This document shows, one piece after another, positions 25,686-38,344 of a stretch of 64,000 nt of DNA. Numbering within the stretch: the first letter of the stretch is position 1; each line of letters begins with the position of its first letter. The stretch comes from Squalus acanthias (Eukaryota). Position numbers and translations under genes: made by a program. The notes under the pieces were generated by a model, which made no database searches, had not been told where the DNA came from, and was given only the letters and a program-made list of their open reading frames with translations. The stretch lies in contig CM059435.1 of assembly GCA_030390025.1 (NCBI GenBank), forward strand, positions 16,864,001 to 16,928,000, in the 5' to 3' direction.

Positions 25686-27239
25686 ATTTGCTGGTAAAAT
25701 ATTTTAATGTAAATGTGACTTGTTGAAAATGCAATTTAAAAACTATTTAAAAATGGAAATATCTGTCTAGAATGTGAGAGGTCTAAGATGTACAGAGATT
25801 CTAAATAGGGTGTGTTTTACAGTTTCTTCTAGGGAGAACAAAAGGAGTATTTCAAGCCCTTCAGCAAAGGGTTAAGTTGAGATCAATAACAGAAGCTGAA
25901 GTGACAAGTAAAACTGGCATTACTGAGTAAGAGAAAGCGTCTCATCCTAATCTAAGAATGCTAAAGGAAGCATAGGTGAAAATAGGGAAGTGTTGGCAGA
26001 AATCTTTTTAACACCAGGAGGATTCCAATGGTTTGGCGACCCTAATGTGTTATCACTATTTGCAGAAGAGGTAGAAACATAATGCAGGGAACCACAGGCC
26101 AGCTTAACTTTAGCTATAGAGAAGCTGGGAGACCATAACAAGAGATGCAGGCTACAGACACTTGTCAAAATAGACTTTGATAAGTAAGATGCAAAATTAA
26201 TTTAAGGAAGGTTAGTCATTTTTTTTAATGTCTTATCAAATGTGAGTAAAGGGCAGATTTGGTGAATAGCTGATATTTATATTTCTAAAATGTTAGATGA
26301 GGTTCCTCTCTGGAGGTTTGCCAAAATGCTGGATAAAACAGGATTGAAAAAGTGAAAACTGCTGTCATGAGTAAGGAATTGTTGAGTTGTGAATTGCTAA
26401 TAGCGTACCTTGGGATCTGTCCAGATCCTCTGTCTCTACCAGCCGGACAGTGAATTTATCTATTCTACATGCATTGGCCCCTCCATTTGGAATCTAAGAA
26501 GGTGATCAGCAAAATATAAAACAGAGAATTATAATTTAGTTGGTAGAAATTGGAATGAAAATGAGAAAATGGGGTGTATCAGTGGATCTAATGGTCTGGA
26601 TCATAAATGGGCTAGAAGGCTTAATGACCTCTTAATTGTAAATTCCTTTACTTCTCTTCATCATAGTTGCTCACTCTAATTAATAATAATCTATTATAGA
26701 GGAGTGGTACAATTTGCATAATATTATATGCTACTCAGATGGGATATGTGGAACTAACCATTCTGGTAATTTGAGAATTTGTTGATGATACTGTATAAGA
26801 TTGAGTGCTATAACTTGCATCTATTTTGAAAGTTTAAACTTTACAAATCCAGCTTCAGTGTAAGGCAAGCCATATATATTATTTGACATATAATGAAACT
26901 TGCTAGAAGTTTATTCAAATTGCCTTTGGAGTTTATTCCTTCCATGATTGGCTTTCTTGGATCTGTGGCAGGTCTAGCAGATGGAGTAGTGGGTAGGTGT
27001 CAGTTTAAAACATTCGAACAATGTAAAGCATAAACTCTTCAAACTTTTTCTGAGGTAACTTTGAAAGCAAACAAATGTACGTTATATACTAGCTGATCTC
27101 CCACAATAGTAATTGGCAGGAACTGAACACAGATGCAGCTAAAAAGAACACCAGCAAGTGAGGAAGGACTCAGGTAGGAATGCCTCTTTTAATCTAACTG
27201 TAAGGAGTCACTGGGTTGCCCCAAAGTCATCAACCCTCA

Positions 27240-27542
27240 AAAAATCTAACAAAAGTGCCCCCTTTTTAGAGGGACACAATTAATAAAACCCAAATCATAC
27301 AAAAGAAAACTTAATAAATGAAATCATAATATTATTTCCAGTGTCAACTTACGCACTCAGCCCCTACGGTGCCCACCGGTCGCAGAAGGCGTCAAGCGTA
27401 CTGGCGGACCCCACGCACTCCTTCTCCAGGGACACCTGGGCGCGGACAAGACCGCAGAAGAGAGGCAGGCAGCCGGAGCGATTACCCCACCGGACCTACA
27501 ATGGCCACCTTGGTCCGGCTCAGGAGCAGACCCACGAGGACT
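27240..27542 (-). mobile_element. Tx1/L1-clade LINE 3' fragment
   Basis: Abrupt GC-rich patch reading LVGLLL..KVAI...CLPLFCGLVRAQVSLEKE...TLDAFCDRWAP, then a T-rich 3' UTR. Family assigned from recalled similarity. Confidence 0.55.
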
Positions 27543-28746
27543 TGGGTGGGAATGACTCAGGTCTTTTTATTTTGTACTGCATTTCTTTCATTGATATTTA
27601 TATTCTGAACTCAAAAACCATTGTTCATATGAACAACAGTAGATTGTGGGAAAACTGTACCAGTATCCATGTTTGAAGGAGATTCTGAGTAAAAATCCTG
27701 AATTTAAACAATTGTTTAAAAATTCATTTATGTCTTGTAAGTACTGTTGCAGAGATATTTGGTAATGAAGAAAATTAGTTGACCTTTAATTTTAAGAAGT
27801 ATTTATGTCCGGTACTATGGGAAAAGTATGCAAACGTAAAAATAATGTTCAATATATAACACCCAATGGAGTTCAGTAAATTATCTGTATTTATTGTCAA
27901 CCTTATAAGGATGAAACATTTGACAGCAAAAGTACTGAAAGTAATCATTTCCTTGTCCATATCAATCATAAACTAATTAGACTTTTGAAATGTGCACAAT
28001 ACTCTACTTAGATAAAATGTATAAAAATGTGTGATACAGTCAGTAAATTGAAGATCAATAACAGGAGTCATATTGTGATGTTCGAATCACTTCATCAGTT
28101 AATGTATTTTCTAAAACTAATCATCTCTTTTTAGTTCTTTGCAGTTACAGTTTATCATATGGTTGAAATTCGTTATGGTATATAGCAATTAGGCACCATA
28201 TTTTGCATAATTAAAAAATACATTTGCCATATCATTCATCATCTGTAACCCAAGAGAACACATATTTAAACTCAATTGCTTTGTCATCATGTAATTTTAG
28301 GTTGATACAGAGTTCTTTCCACAGTTCAATATTTCTACCAAACTGCTGGGACAACAATTCCTCTGATTTCTACAGCATTTTCTTTTATTAGCACCAGTTA
28401 CACAAGCTGATTATGTAATATTTGCCATTGATTTAATGGCAACTTTGGTTTGTACAATTTTCATTTGGCTAATAAATATTCAGAATAAACCATTAGGCAT
28501 GAATCACATAATTAAGCGATTTTTATACAAATGATCAATAATGGAGAATAACTATCTTAATTTCTTTTGAGGTATCTTGTGTACTTAAGAGATATTGTCT
28601 ATGGTTTACAGAATGATTTCTCCATTGCACCTCAAGAAAGCTCAACTTGCAGGTTCATAAATCCATAGTAAACACCTGGTGATCTAGTTTGTTTCATAGT
28701 TTATCTCTTACATAATAATTGCTGAAAACTGTGTCATAGTTATACT

Positions 28747-28752
28747 TTTATT
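28747..28752 (-). terminator. Candidate GATA5 polyadenylation signal (AATAAA)
   Basis: AATAAA on the minus strand ~800 nt after the stop. Alternatives at 28384-28389 and 27890-27895 cannot be excluded. Confidence 0.3.
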
Positions 28753-29546
28753 CACAACACATTTTAAAATAGTGTCTCAAAGGTAAATACAGCTCGTCTG
28801 TATTCTTTTGGATATGCAAAACATTAGCATTATTAAAATAACCTTTCTACAATGTAATACATGACAAATGCTGCTCAATCCTTTTTTTCCCATTAACAAT
28901 CTATGTATATTCCTGTGTACAGATTGGAAGCCTTGATTTTTTTAATATATATTTATAGATTATAGATGAATTGATTCATCTGTTTTTAAAAAGGCAAAAT
29001 ATTTTAAAAGTTCTATAACAAAAAAGGAACTGACTGCATTCTTAGTATAACATTAAAATATTCAAAGCAGAAGTGAAATATCGGTCCATCGAAAGAACCA
29101 ATATTTCAACATAACATACAATAATTTCTGTTCACACTTTCCCTTTAAATTATTAAGTTATTCAGCCTAACAGGATCAGTCGTTATTACTGATCTAATGA
29201 AATTAATTGCACTCACAAATAGTTTACAAGAAGTCACTTTGAAAGAATGGTTTTGATTTCATTCATACTTTTGAGATGAACAGCACACTTGATCGCTTGT
29301 TGCCAGGGATGTCGAAATTTACTGATTCACAAATAAAGCTTGTACCCAGATCCGGAATCAAGAGTGTTTGCAGAAAATGCTGGGACGATCGGATATGTGA
29401 GTTTTTTGCGGCATTTCACCAATTAGGAATACGCAATACAAATGTGTGGGTTCAAGTTATTTCTTTCAACTCCTTAGGGTATCTGGGTTGTCCACTCAAC
29501 GATAAAGTAGAAAAGTTGGACCATTAGCTGCAAGAAAGACCATACT

Positions 29547-29711
29547 TTATGCCAGTGCCAAGGCACACCATGAGTCTTGTCTGAGTGGAACATTAACTCC
29601 AGTCTGTGGGATCACAGTGGCTGAGGTATAAGAATAATCTTCAGTTACGTATTTCAACTGTGAAGGACCAGGGTTCAAGTCTTCTCGGCTTATCATTGCT
29701 GTGGGTGGAGC
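29547..29711 (-). CDS. GATA5: GATA5 coding exon 6 (C-terminus and stop)
   Basis: ttctgtag|APPTAMISREDLNPGPSQLKYVTEDYSYTSATVIPQTGVNVPLRQDSWCALALA-TAA. The exons sum to 1200 nt in one open frame. Confidence 0.95.
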   Translation of the reverse strand, partial: APPTAMISREDLNPGPSQLKYVTEDYSYTSATVIPQTGVNVPLRQDSWCALALA

Positions 29712-30056
29712 CTACAGAAATAAGAATCACTAAACTTATTCCAATAGTAACGCAAGAAATTATTTACAATATTTACACTTATCCCTTTCCAACTAAAGTG
29801 TGTTTGTTGCATTTTTAAATAAATATGTTGTTTATTATATAACTGTAAAATTGCTATTCTGTAATCATGTTTTCATATTTTGTTTTTTTATATGTATTAA
29901 ATCCATAAATGAAACTAAATTCAATAATTACTTTAAGAATTGTTCAATTATCAAGTATAAAGAATCAGTTAATTGCTTATTTTACTCCAACTTCTAAATA
30001 ATCAATTCTCAGGTTATGTTTGATTAGATTAAATACAAAAGGATGTTACAATTTAC

Positions 30057-30181
30057 CTGAGAAACGGACACTACTGTTTGACCTGCATATGGAGAGGAGG
30101 CCAGATCGGATTCAGTTTTAATAGTTGATGCATTTTCAGAGTTCGATATAGAAGATGGGGAGTTGGTTCCCGAAGTTGTGC
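30057..30181 (-). CDS. GATA5: GATA5 coding exon 5
   Basis: tttaag|GC then GTTSGTNSPSSISNSENASTIKTESDLASSPYAGQTVVSVSQ|gtaaat; 125 nt, phase 1/0. Resembles the equivalent tetrapod GATA5 segment. Confidence 0.92.
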
Positions 30182-30289
30182 CTTAAAGAAAACAGAAATT
30201 GGTAATTAATTCAGCTTATTAGCAGTATGAACTATAACAAAGATAATTAAGTCTCATTTGATTATTGAAATATTATTTCAATTAATGTA

Positions 30290-30740
30290 GAAAGAACTGG
30301 CATTTCTGCAGCAAATTATCGGGGGATCAAATTGGTCAAAGCCTGTAGCGCAAAATGGGCTGTTAGCAAATCGGCAGTCCATTTTACACCGCGTCAAATT
30401 TTCTTATCCATTGTGGAAAAGTTCTTCCCATCCAACGAATTATTTCTGAAGTGCACATAGGCAGCCAATTTTGCATATAGCAAGACCTGACAAACAGCAA
30501 ATGAGATGAATGATTAACTAGTTGTTTTTGGTGGCGTTGGTTGAAGCAGGAATCTTGGGCAGGACATCAGCAAAACCCCCTGTTCTTATTCAAATAGTAC
30601 CATGGAAGAGAGTAACTCCAACAATTCAGCACTCCCTTCGATATTGCACGGAATTCTCAGCATAGATTATGTGCTCAACTGGGGCTTAAATCCACAATGT
30701 TCTGATTCAAGAGGCACAAGTGCTAGCAACTAAATCAATC
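30290..30740 (-). mobile_element. Decayed SINE (same family as 20947-21387) interrupted by a short MITE-like piece (~30320-30420)
   Basis: Shares gcagccaatttt...agcaaga...caaacagcaa and agcactccct blocks with the 21-kb copy. Confidence 0.55.
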
Positions 30741-30880
30741 TGGCAACGTAACAATTAATTAGGAGCAGGGACGAATATTGTTTTTTACCCGACTAAAATA
30801 CGTAACAGTAAAATGTTTCCATAAGCAGTCACAAGACAATCTTGGCACTATCGTTAGTGAGATTTCTAAACTGATTGCAT

Positions 30881-31355
30881 ATAAGAACATAAGAAGTAGG
30901 AGCAGGAGTAGGCCATACGACCCTTCGGGCCTGCTCCGCCATTCAATAGGATCATGGCTGATCCAAACCTAGACTCACATCCACTTCCCTGCCCGCTCCC
31001 CATAACCCTTAATTCCCTTATCAGCTAGGAAACTGTCTATCTCCGTTTTAAATTTATTTAATGTTGCAGCTTCCACAGCTCTCTGAGGTAGCAAATTCCA
31101 TAGATTTACTACCCTCTGAGTGAAGAAGTTTCTCCTCATCTCAGTTTTGAAACGGCAGCCCCTTATTCTAAGATTATGCCCCCTAGTTCTAGTCTCACCC
31201 ATCAGTGGAAACATCCTCCCCGCATCCACCCTATCAAGCCCCCTCACAATCTTATATGTTTCGATAAGATCGCCTCTCATTCTTCTGAATTCCAATGAGT
31301 AGAGGCCCAACCTACTCAACCTTTCCTCATAAGTCAACCCCCTCATCTCCGGAAT
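30881..31355 (-). mobile_element. CR1 3' fragment in a GATA5 intron
   Basis: Open frame IPEMRGLTYEERL...RTRGH...WNLLP and a taagaacataagaa tail. Confidence 0.9.
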
Positions 31356-32467
31356 ATAGTGACGGGCTACTATAGTATTAAACAATCCTGTCATCTCAAG
31401 CAAGAAAAAAACTTTTTACACATTTCCATGTACACAGATTAGGTATTCACCCGTTATCAAATCCAAGCTCTCAAAATTTACCCCAGCGAAGTTGCAACAA
31501 TATTAATTATAGCTGGAGGCATGGTAGCAATAGTGTTTAAATCACAGGACCTATCAAAAAAAATCAATTGCTAGTGGGTTTTAGAAAAGATCTGATTTCT
31601 CTAAGTTGTTTGGGAGTATCCTTCTTATATTAAAAAAGATATGAAAATATCCATCCTTGGTTTGATAAGTTATAAGATTGGATTTTCTTGAGGTATGTTC
31701 GAACCCAACCCCTTTCTGCATGTTTTATTTCATTCTTCACCTTAAAAAGATACTATGTACTCCAACATCTTCTTAAATGTTTAAATGTTCTTTCTTTCTT
31801 CGGTCACCATAAGTTCCCATTCTTCACTCTCTATTCTTTTCAACATTAACAAATGTCTGACTGGCTACATATTATTTCCACTGTATCTCAGACTCTTTTG
31901 TGTGATCTAGGCAGATGATGGGAGGCTTAGGGGGAAGTATGTTGCTGGCTGCTTTGCACACATTTGAGGTCAGAGGCAGCATTAATGTGGAAGCATGAGA
32001 CTCCTTTAGTACATATGTATTATTACATATTTAATAAAATAGAAAGCAGACTGGTAACGCAAGAGGAATGGGGAATTCAAGACCATTAAGAACAATTACT
32101 TTTGGAGAGGGTTAAATATGGCAGAACACTTGGACAGAGGCATAATTCTGAGAAAATGTTGTGGCACAATTTTATTCTATCGGGAGAGAACCATGCCACA
32201 GTGTGGTGGTACAGTGCGTTCTGCACCAACACACAGTACCAGACAGTGGGAAGACACAGTTTTTGTGCCTACAACCTCTTACATGTCTAGAGAAAGCAAG
32301 GCACTTCCCCAGTACACTGCTCCTACTGGCCAGCACCATTGGCCTGGTATTGGCCGTCTGACCTCCTTCTTGGCAATAGACTTGATGGCTAGCACAGGGA
32401 AACCTAAAAAAAGAGTGGATGCAAATAACTGGATTAATACAAATAAGAGCACGAGTAACCCACGTAC

Positions 32468-32555
32468 CTGAGGAACCTTTGGATTTGTTAACATTCTTAG
32501 GTTTTCTTTTTCTTGTCTGGATACTTTCTTTCTTCATGGCCAGTGGGCGTGGTAC
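32468..32555 (-). CDS. GATA5: GATA5 coding exon 4 (basic region/NLS)
   Basis: ggcag|[30 protein letters not shown]|gtacgt; 88 nt, phase 0/1. Confidence 0.96.
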
Positions 32556-33715
32556 CTGCCAGATAAAAACACAATACAACTGTGACTCCAATCCTATATA
32601 TAAAACAAATTATTGGATATTACTTTGCATGCTGCACCAAGTACGGCATTGAATCAAGATTAAAACCAAATATGTTGTGGTTTTGTTTTAGGTTCAGTGG
32701 AACCCACTCCAAATGGTCACTCGTGGGTTGTTCTCTTTTGTGCCCTGGAGATGCTTGGATTTTCACACCTATTAAGGTTCAGATCAACACAGATGAGCAA
32801 CAAAAATCTCCCTATGGAACTGGTAGATGTAAACTGTCGTTAAAATTAAAACAAATATTAATATATTTTACTCACATTCTGAGGCATATGAATATATTAA
32901 GAGTGCTGGAAATGTTCTCTAGATACTGATTATGAACATCTATGGTTAACAGTGGGTACAGTTGGGGCTCATTTCTAGCAGCTATACCTGTTCCCAATAC
33001 CCTTTCAAATGTATCAGGATTCAGTAACTGTCATAGAGCTCCTCGCACCACGTCAATCTGTGATAACCCTTCTGATATTTACAGGAAGCTACTCCTATGG
33101 TTACTGGACCACAGTAACAAATCCTATTGATGTTACAAAGTTTTGAGGTTCTGTTCATTACAATGTTGTATCATTTTTTGTGGAACAATGACACAATTAT
33201 ACATAAATAATATTAGCAGATCTAACCAATATACATTCATTTTCAATACCACTTGAGCAAGGTTTGCAAATAGGAACATGTATGTATGAGATGGGTCAAT
33301 GTTTGGACAATTTGTTGGAATTAATGGTTGATTTTCTATTTTCTACTGTTAGCGATCAGTGATTTTACTTTGAGTATAACATTTCTTAATACTTGATATT
33401 AATCTACTTTAAGAATTATATATTGAAGTATTCTGTTTTCAAGATCAGGCTTAGAGAATGGAGGATATATTTTCTGTATTCTGTTTTCATAATAAGGATG
33501 CATATTAAAAATCAAAATAAACTAAGGTGAGATTACATAATACTGTATATCCTCTGACACACATAGAAGAACTTGGCATCTCCAAAAAAAAACACATGCT
33601 TTAAATCTACATTAAAGCCCATTTAAACTTTCAATCCCAAAGACTGTAATAAGTCGTGCTCTGGATAATCTGAAGTGAATATGATCTCTTAGGGAACTGA
33701 GTTACAGACTTCAGT

Positions 33716-34612
33716 CAGTTTGGCTCAGTGGTAACACTCTCATCTCGAGTCAGGAGGTTATGGGTTCATAGCCCTACTCCAAGAAAATGAAGAGGTTAAG
33801 GGTTCAAGCCCTACTCCAAGAAAATAAAGAGGTTAAGGGTTCAAGCCCTACTCCAAGGTGTGAGGAGGTTATGGGTTCAAGCCCTACTCCAAGATATGAG
33901 GAGGTTATGGGTTCAAGCCCTACTCCAAGGTGTGAGGAGGTTATGGGTTCAAGCCCTACTCCAAGGTGTGAGGAAGTTATGGGTTCAAGCCCTACTCCAA
34001 GATATGAGGAGGTTATGGGTTCAAGCCCTACTCCAAGATGTGAGGAGGTTATGGGTTCAAGCCCTACTCCAAGATGTGAGGAGGTTATGGGTTCAAGCCC
34101 TACTTCAAGGTGTGAGAAGGTTATGGGTTCAAGCCCTACTCCAAGATGTGAGAAGGTTATGGGTTCAAGCCCTACTCCAAGACGTGAGGAGGTTAACAGT
34201 TCAATCCCTACTCCAAGATGTGAGGAGGTTATGGGTTCAAGCCCTACTCCAAGACATGAGCACATCACTTTGAAACTGCATTGTCAGCAGTGCTGTCTTA
34301 TAGATAAGATATTAAGCCAAGGCTGTGTTTACCTGTTCCAGTGACAATAAAAGATCCCATGGCACTTTTTGTAGAAGAGCAGAGAGTTCTCCTGATGTCC
34401 TGGCTAACCTTCACCCCTTCAGCACCAAAACGAGAAATGTATTCCCTTTGCTTTTTGTGGAACCATGCTGTGCACAAATTGGACTACTGTGTTTAACTAC
34501 TTAACAGTAGTAACTATACTTCAAAAGTAATTACTTACTTGTGAAGCGATGTGATGCATCATGAGGGCATGATAAGGTGCTATATTAATGCAATTTTGTT
34601 CTTTCTTTCTCT
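33716..34612 (+). mobile_element. tRNA-headed SINE with an internally amplified B-box region
   Basis: A-box TGGCTCAGTGG at 33721, then the tandem array, then the normal family body and a ttctttctttct tail. Confidence 0.8.
33754..34255 (+). repeat. 36-bp minisatellite, 14 copies (GAGGAGGTTATGGGTTCAAGCCCTACTCCAAGATGT)
   Basis: Directly visible. The translation repeats every 12 aa (EEVMGSSPTPRC). The first two units are slightly longer variants. Confidence 0.95.
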
Positions 34613-34812
34613 ATTTCTGTTGAAGCATTGATAGGTATTAAGTTATCTTCCTGACACTTTCACTGCATTTTTCAGCTTGCTGGAAAATATCAGGAGATTC
34701 ACATCAGGCTGTTTCTACCAGCCTGATACCAATGTCAAGTTGTGTAGCATATGCCAAAACTACAAGAGGTAAGAGTTCTCCTTTGATCTACCATCTGTAC
34801 TGTCTGTAGTAA

Positions 34813-34972
34813 AAAATGAGAAGTCGCACAACACCAGGTTATAGTCCAACAGTTTTATTTAAAATTACGAGCTTTCGGAGCTGTTGCCCCTTCGTTAGGT
34901 ACACCTTTACTATAACCTGGTGTTGTGCGACTTCTCATTTTTGTCCACCCCAGTCCAACACCGGCATCTCCG
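34813..34972. mobile_element. 160-bp Penelope-type mini-element with internal inversion
   Basis: Perfect 34-bp inverted repeat (34812-34845 and 34909-34942). Flanked by the 13-bp direct repeat CTGTCTGTAGTAA (34800-34812 and 34973-34985). Contains a hammerhead-like motif. Confidence 0.7.
34866..34901 (-). ncRNA. Minimal type I hammerhead ribozyme motif with mutated core
   Basis: UAC-CUAACGA-A-GGGGC AACA GCUCC-GAAA-GCUC-GUA. The core has CUA in place of CUG. Confidence 0.5.
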
Positions 34973-35099
34973 CTGTCTGTAGTAACATAGCATTGTTTTG
35001 GGCAGGAGGAGATCATTGGTCTTCCTTCCACACCTTCTATCAGTTTCCTTACCTAAGGCTTTCTTTCCCCTTTCCTAATAACAATTCATTTAATCCGTT

Positions 35100-36060
35100 T
35101 TTATAATCTGCCATGGATTTTTGTTCCACTGCTGCCACTGATGATCTTTTCAAACACCCTCTCACAAAAAAGGCTGCCTAAATGTCCTATTTTTGCCACC
35201 CTTAAAACTGTGCCCCATAATCCTTAAACCCTGCACTTGACAGAAGAACTTCCCTCGATCTAAACCTGAAAGACCTCAATCAAGTCTTCCTCTCATCATC
35301 ATCCTCTCCAGAGAGTAAAGAATCTCAGTAGACAAAACTTTCCTCACAACTCAACCTCTGAGTTCAGGAATCTACCTTGTAACCTTCCTCTGAACTCTTT
35401 CCAATAAGTCTCCCTTTTTCTTTTAAAATGGAGATCAAAATTCAACACAGTACTTCAGATGTGGCCTCACCAAGGTCAGATATGACAACTTCAATATCAC
35501 TTCTTTTTGCTTGTAAGTCACACCTCTAGCTATACATTTTATTTGTTTTCTTCACCACCTTTAAACACTGAACCAACGTTTTAATAACCTAGCCCCCAGG
35601 TCTTATTCCCACTCGGTTACTTTAAGAAGAGTTATTACGTAATCCACATTCTTGCTTCTTTCACCTAATCTCATGACTTCACACTTATCCATGTTGAACT
35701 CCATCTACCACCTCTCTGCCTATGGATCTAGATCCCTTTGGATTATCACACATTGGTTAGCTTCACGAGTCATTCCATTCAGTTTGGTGTCATCCACAAA
35801 TTTAAGACAATATTCTGTCTTCTAAGTCATTTATTGTAATTCTATGTAATTTATGAAAATGATAAACAACACTGACCCCTGTGGGACTTCATGGCAACTG
35901 GTTTCCATTCTGACATCTCCCATGAACTACCATTTTTGCTGTCTGCCTTTCAGCCACACATCAACCCAGCCTAATACTTTTGCAGCTATGTCATGGACAC
36001 ATACCGTATGAATCAGTCTGTAATGTGGGACAGAGCATAATGCCTTCCTGAAATTTATAG
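35100..36060 (-). mobile_element. Very old CR1-like fragment
   Basis: Degenerate RT and C-terminal motifs (tttggtgtcatccacaaa = FVDDTK; gatgtggcctcaccaagg = LVRPHL). Confidence 0.65.
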
Positions 36061-36801
36061 TTAAAATCTTTGCTGTGAGTTAAATCTAAATTTATTTAAA
36101 AAAAATGTTAATCCAAACTGAATTTATGAGAACCTGCCAATTAGAATTGACAATCACTCTTTTGAAAATATGACTAATTTTTAAGTATGTCACCCCAGAG
36201 GTTAACATAACTCCACCCATTGAAATTTGTTTGCAAACTGGTTTACACTTGTTGATTGTAAACGTCATTCCTATCATTTCCCCAATGTCGACAACTTTGC
36301 TTATGACTACTGATGAACAACTTCCAGATAACTTAGTGACTGAAAGCTGGGTGACCCCACCAAAAGCTACAGAACAAAGTTCATTTATTAATTAGCCACA
36401 TAACCAAATGAAAGTAATGAACTCAGAGGCAGGTGTGCAGTCTGGGATTCACTTGAGTTTTATTTAATATCATTTACCTATTAACTACTGTTCTGAGGGA
36501 TCACTTCAACACTGGAATAAAAGCAGCACAGGGTGCGGCCAGCCTACTATTTGTAATTGGAAGTAGTCTGAAAAACATGGACTCTGATTTTTTCTCACTT
36601 GTGATTGAGTGGAGAAGAGAGAATGGTTTGCTGGACATTACAGTTTCTATTTAACAAGTTTTAGTTTCTCCTATTTAAAATAATAGTGCATTAAAGAACT
36701 TTTAATACTGGTGGTTATATAGAAGTGATACTAACACTGGTGTAATGTTTATATTTTTGCCTTTAATCAGTTCACAGCATGTTGTCTCATCGGGTCTATT
36801 A

Positions 36802-37017
<216 letters not shown>

Positions 37018-38177
37018 CTATATTTATTATGATCTATGCAGTTATTATATTTCTTAACAGTATAGCACCACTGCAACCTCCTGAACAAGTGGCAACATAC
37101 TTTTTTATGGCTGTAATTTAACATTTCACATTCATGATTCCTCCCTGGCTGTCAATAGCATTTAGTGTTGCTGTATATATAACTATATATCTATACACGG
37201 ATACATACATATCTAATGATTTTATTATAATGTAATAAAGTGTTTCACTCGCTCTTTATTTTTCTCATTGTGTCATTGCCCTATGTTCAATTTCGAGAAA
37301 GGAACCGGCCAGTTTGTAGAAGTGCTAAATTTGAACTCGCATGGTATCAACTATGAGAATACAACACCGGCTAAAATAGGTTGTGCCAAAGAAATGAGCC
37401 CAGTCACAAGTGTGCGTGTTGTTTTCGCACTGAGATAAAGGATCAAGGTTCCCCTCTTGCTTATTGAAAGGCACAAGGCTAAAATAATTTATATCGTCAA
37501 GGCCTAAGTAGTTTATTCAGAATGGGGAATGGGCCTCTGAAGGGCGCCTCTTCACAACTCTGACCTTGTCAAGGAAGTTGTTGACCCCCAACATTGTGAT
37601 GTAGTGTTATTTAAGACATAAAAATTATGAGTGTGTTTTGCAGACCATTCTACGCCGAATGGTGATTAAGGACAGAAAGTTAAATACATTTTTAAAGCAT
37701 TGGAGTATACAACATAAATTGCATTTAATCTAGGAGAGAAATAGATAAAACTGTGCTGCATTTGGTTACAATATGGAAGGTTTAGTCAGCACCCCCACCC
37801 CAACCATCAGTTGTCAATTTCTTGTCAGATTCCACATCCAAAATCAATGAAGCTCTGATCTCTATTCTGATTTACAATCCAGACCACCAGTAAATAAATT
37901 ACTGCAGTAAAAGGGAGGGGCGAAGTCACACTTTTTTTTTAACCAGAAAGATGATCCGTTGAAATAATCACGGAAATTCAAACGGGAACAAAGCGCTTTC
38001 ATTTTTGCTGGAGTTTGTCCTTATATGGGTGGAGAAGAGGCGGCGTGGAAAGGGGCGCCCGGTCTTCAACTTCACAAAACAGTGGGTTTTATATGAGAGA
38101 TAAAGGAGTGGCGCTTGGGAGAGGTTCTGCACTGCCAGAATATTTCTCGATGAGCCCGGATCCACCAGGCTGCTTAC

Positions 38178-38344
38178 CAATCTCCTTTGTGGCTTAATGA
38201 GCGGTCGGTTCATCCCGTTCATCTTGTGATACAATCCGCAGGCGTTGCAGAGATAATGGCCCGTCCCATCCCGTCTCCAGAGCGGAGTAGACATGGATCC
38301 ACAATTCACACACTCCCGGCCTTCGGGGAAATCTTCCAACATTT
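38178..38344 (-). CDS. GATA5: GATA5 coding exon 2 (N-terminal zinc finger)
   Basis: Acceptor aaatag|AA completes GAA. Translates [56 protein letters not shown]. Donor TTG|gtaagc is phase 0. Confidence 0.97.

Noticed and set aside
5970-28100. Other CTGATGA occurrences (e.g. ~5980 and ~28095 on the minus strand) as hammerheads
   Set aside because: They lack a stem II followed by GAAA and a closing stem I.
33754-34255. 36-bp repeats as a CRISPR array
   Set aside because: The units are head-to-tail with no unique spacers, there are no cas genes, and the context is a eukaryotic intron.
33787-34344. Repetitive 137-185 aa ORFs (EEVMGSSPTPRC and other frames) as a real protein
   Set aside because: They are by-products of a stop-free 36-bp unit that is open in several frames inside a SINE.
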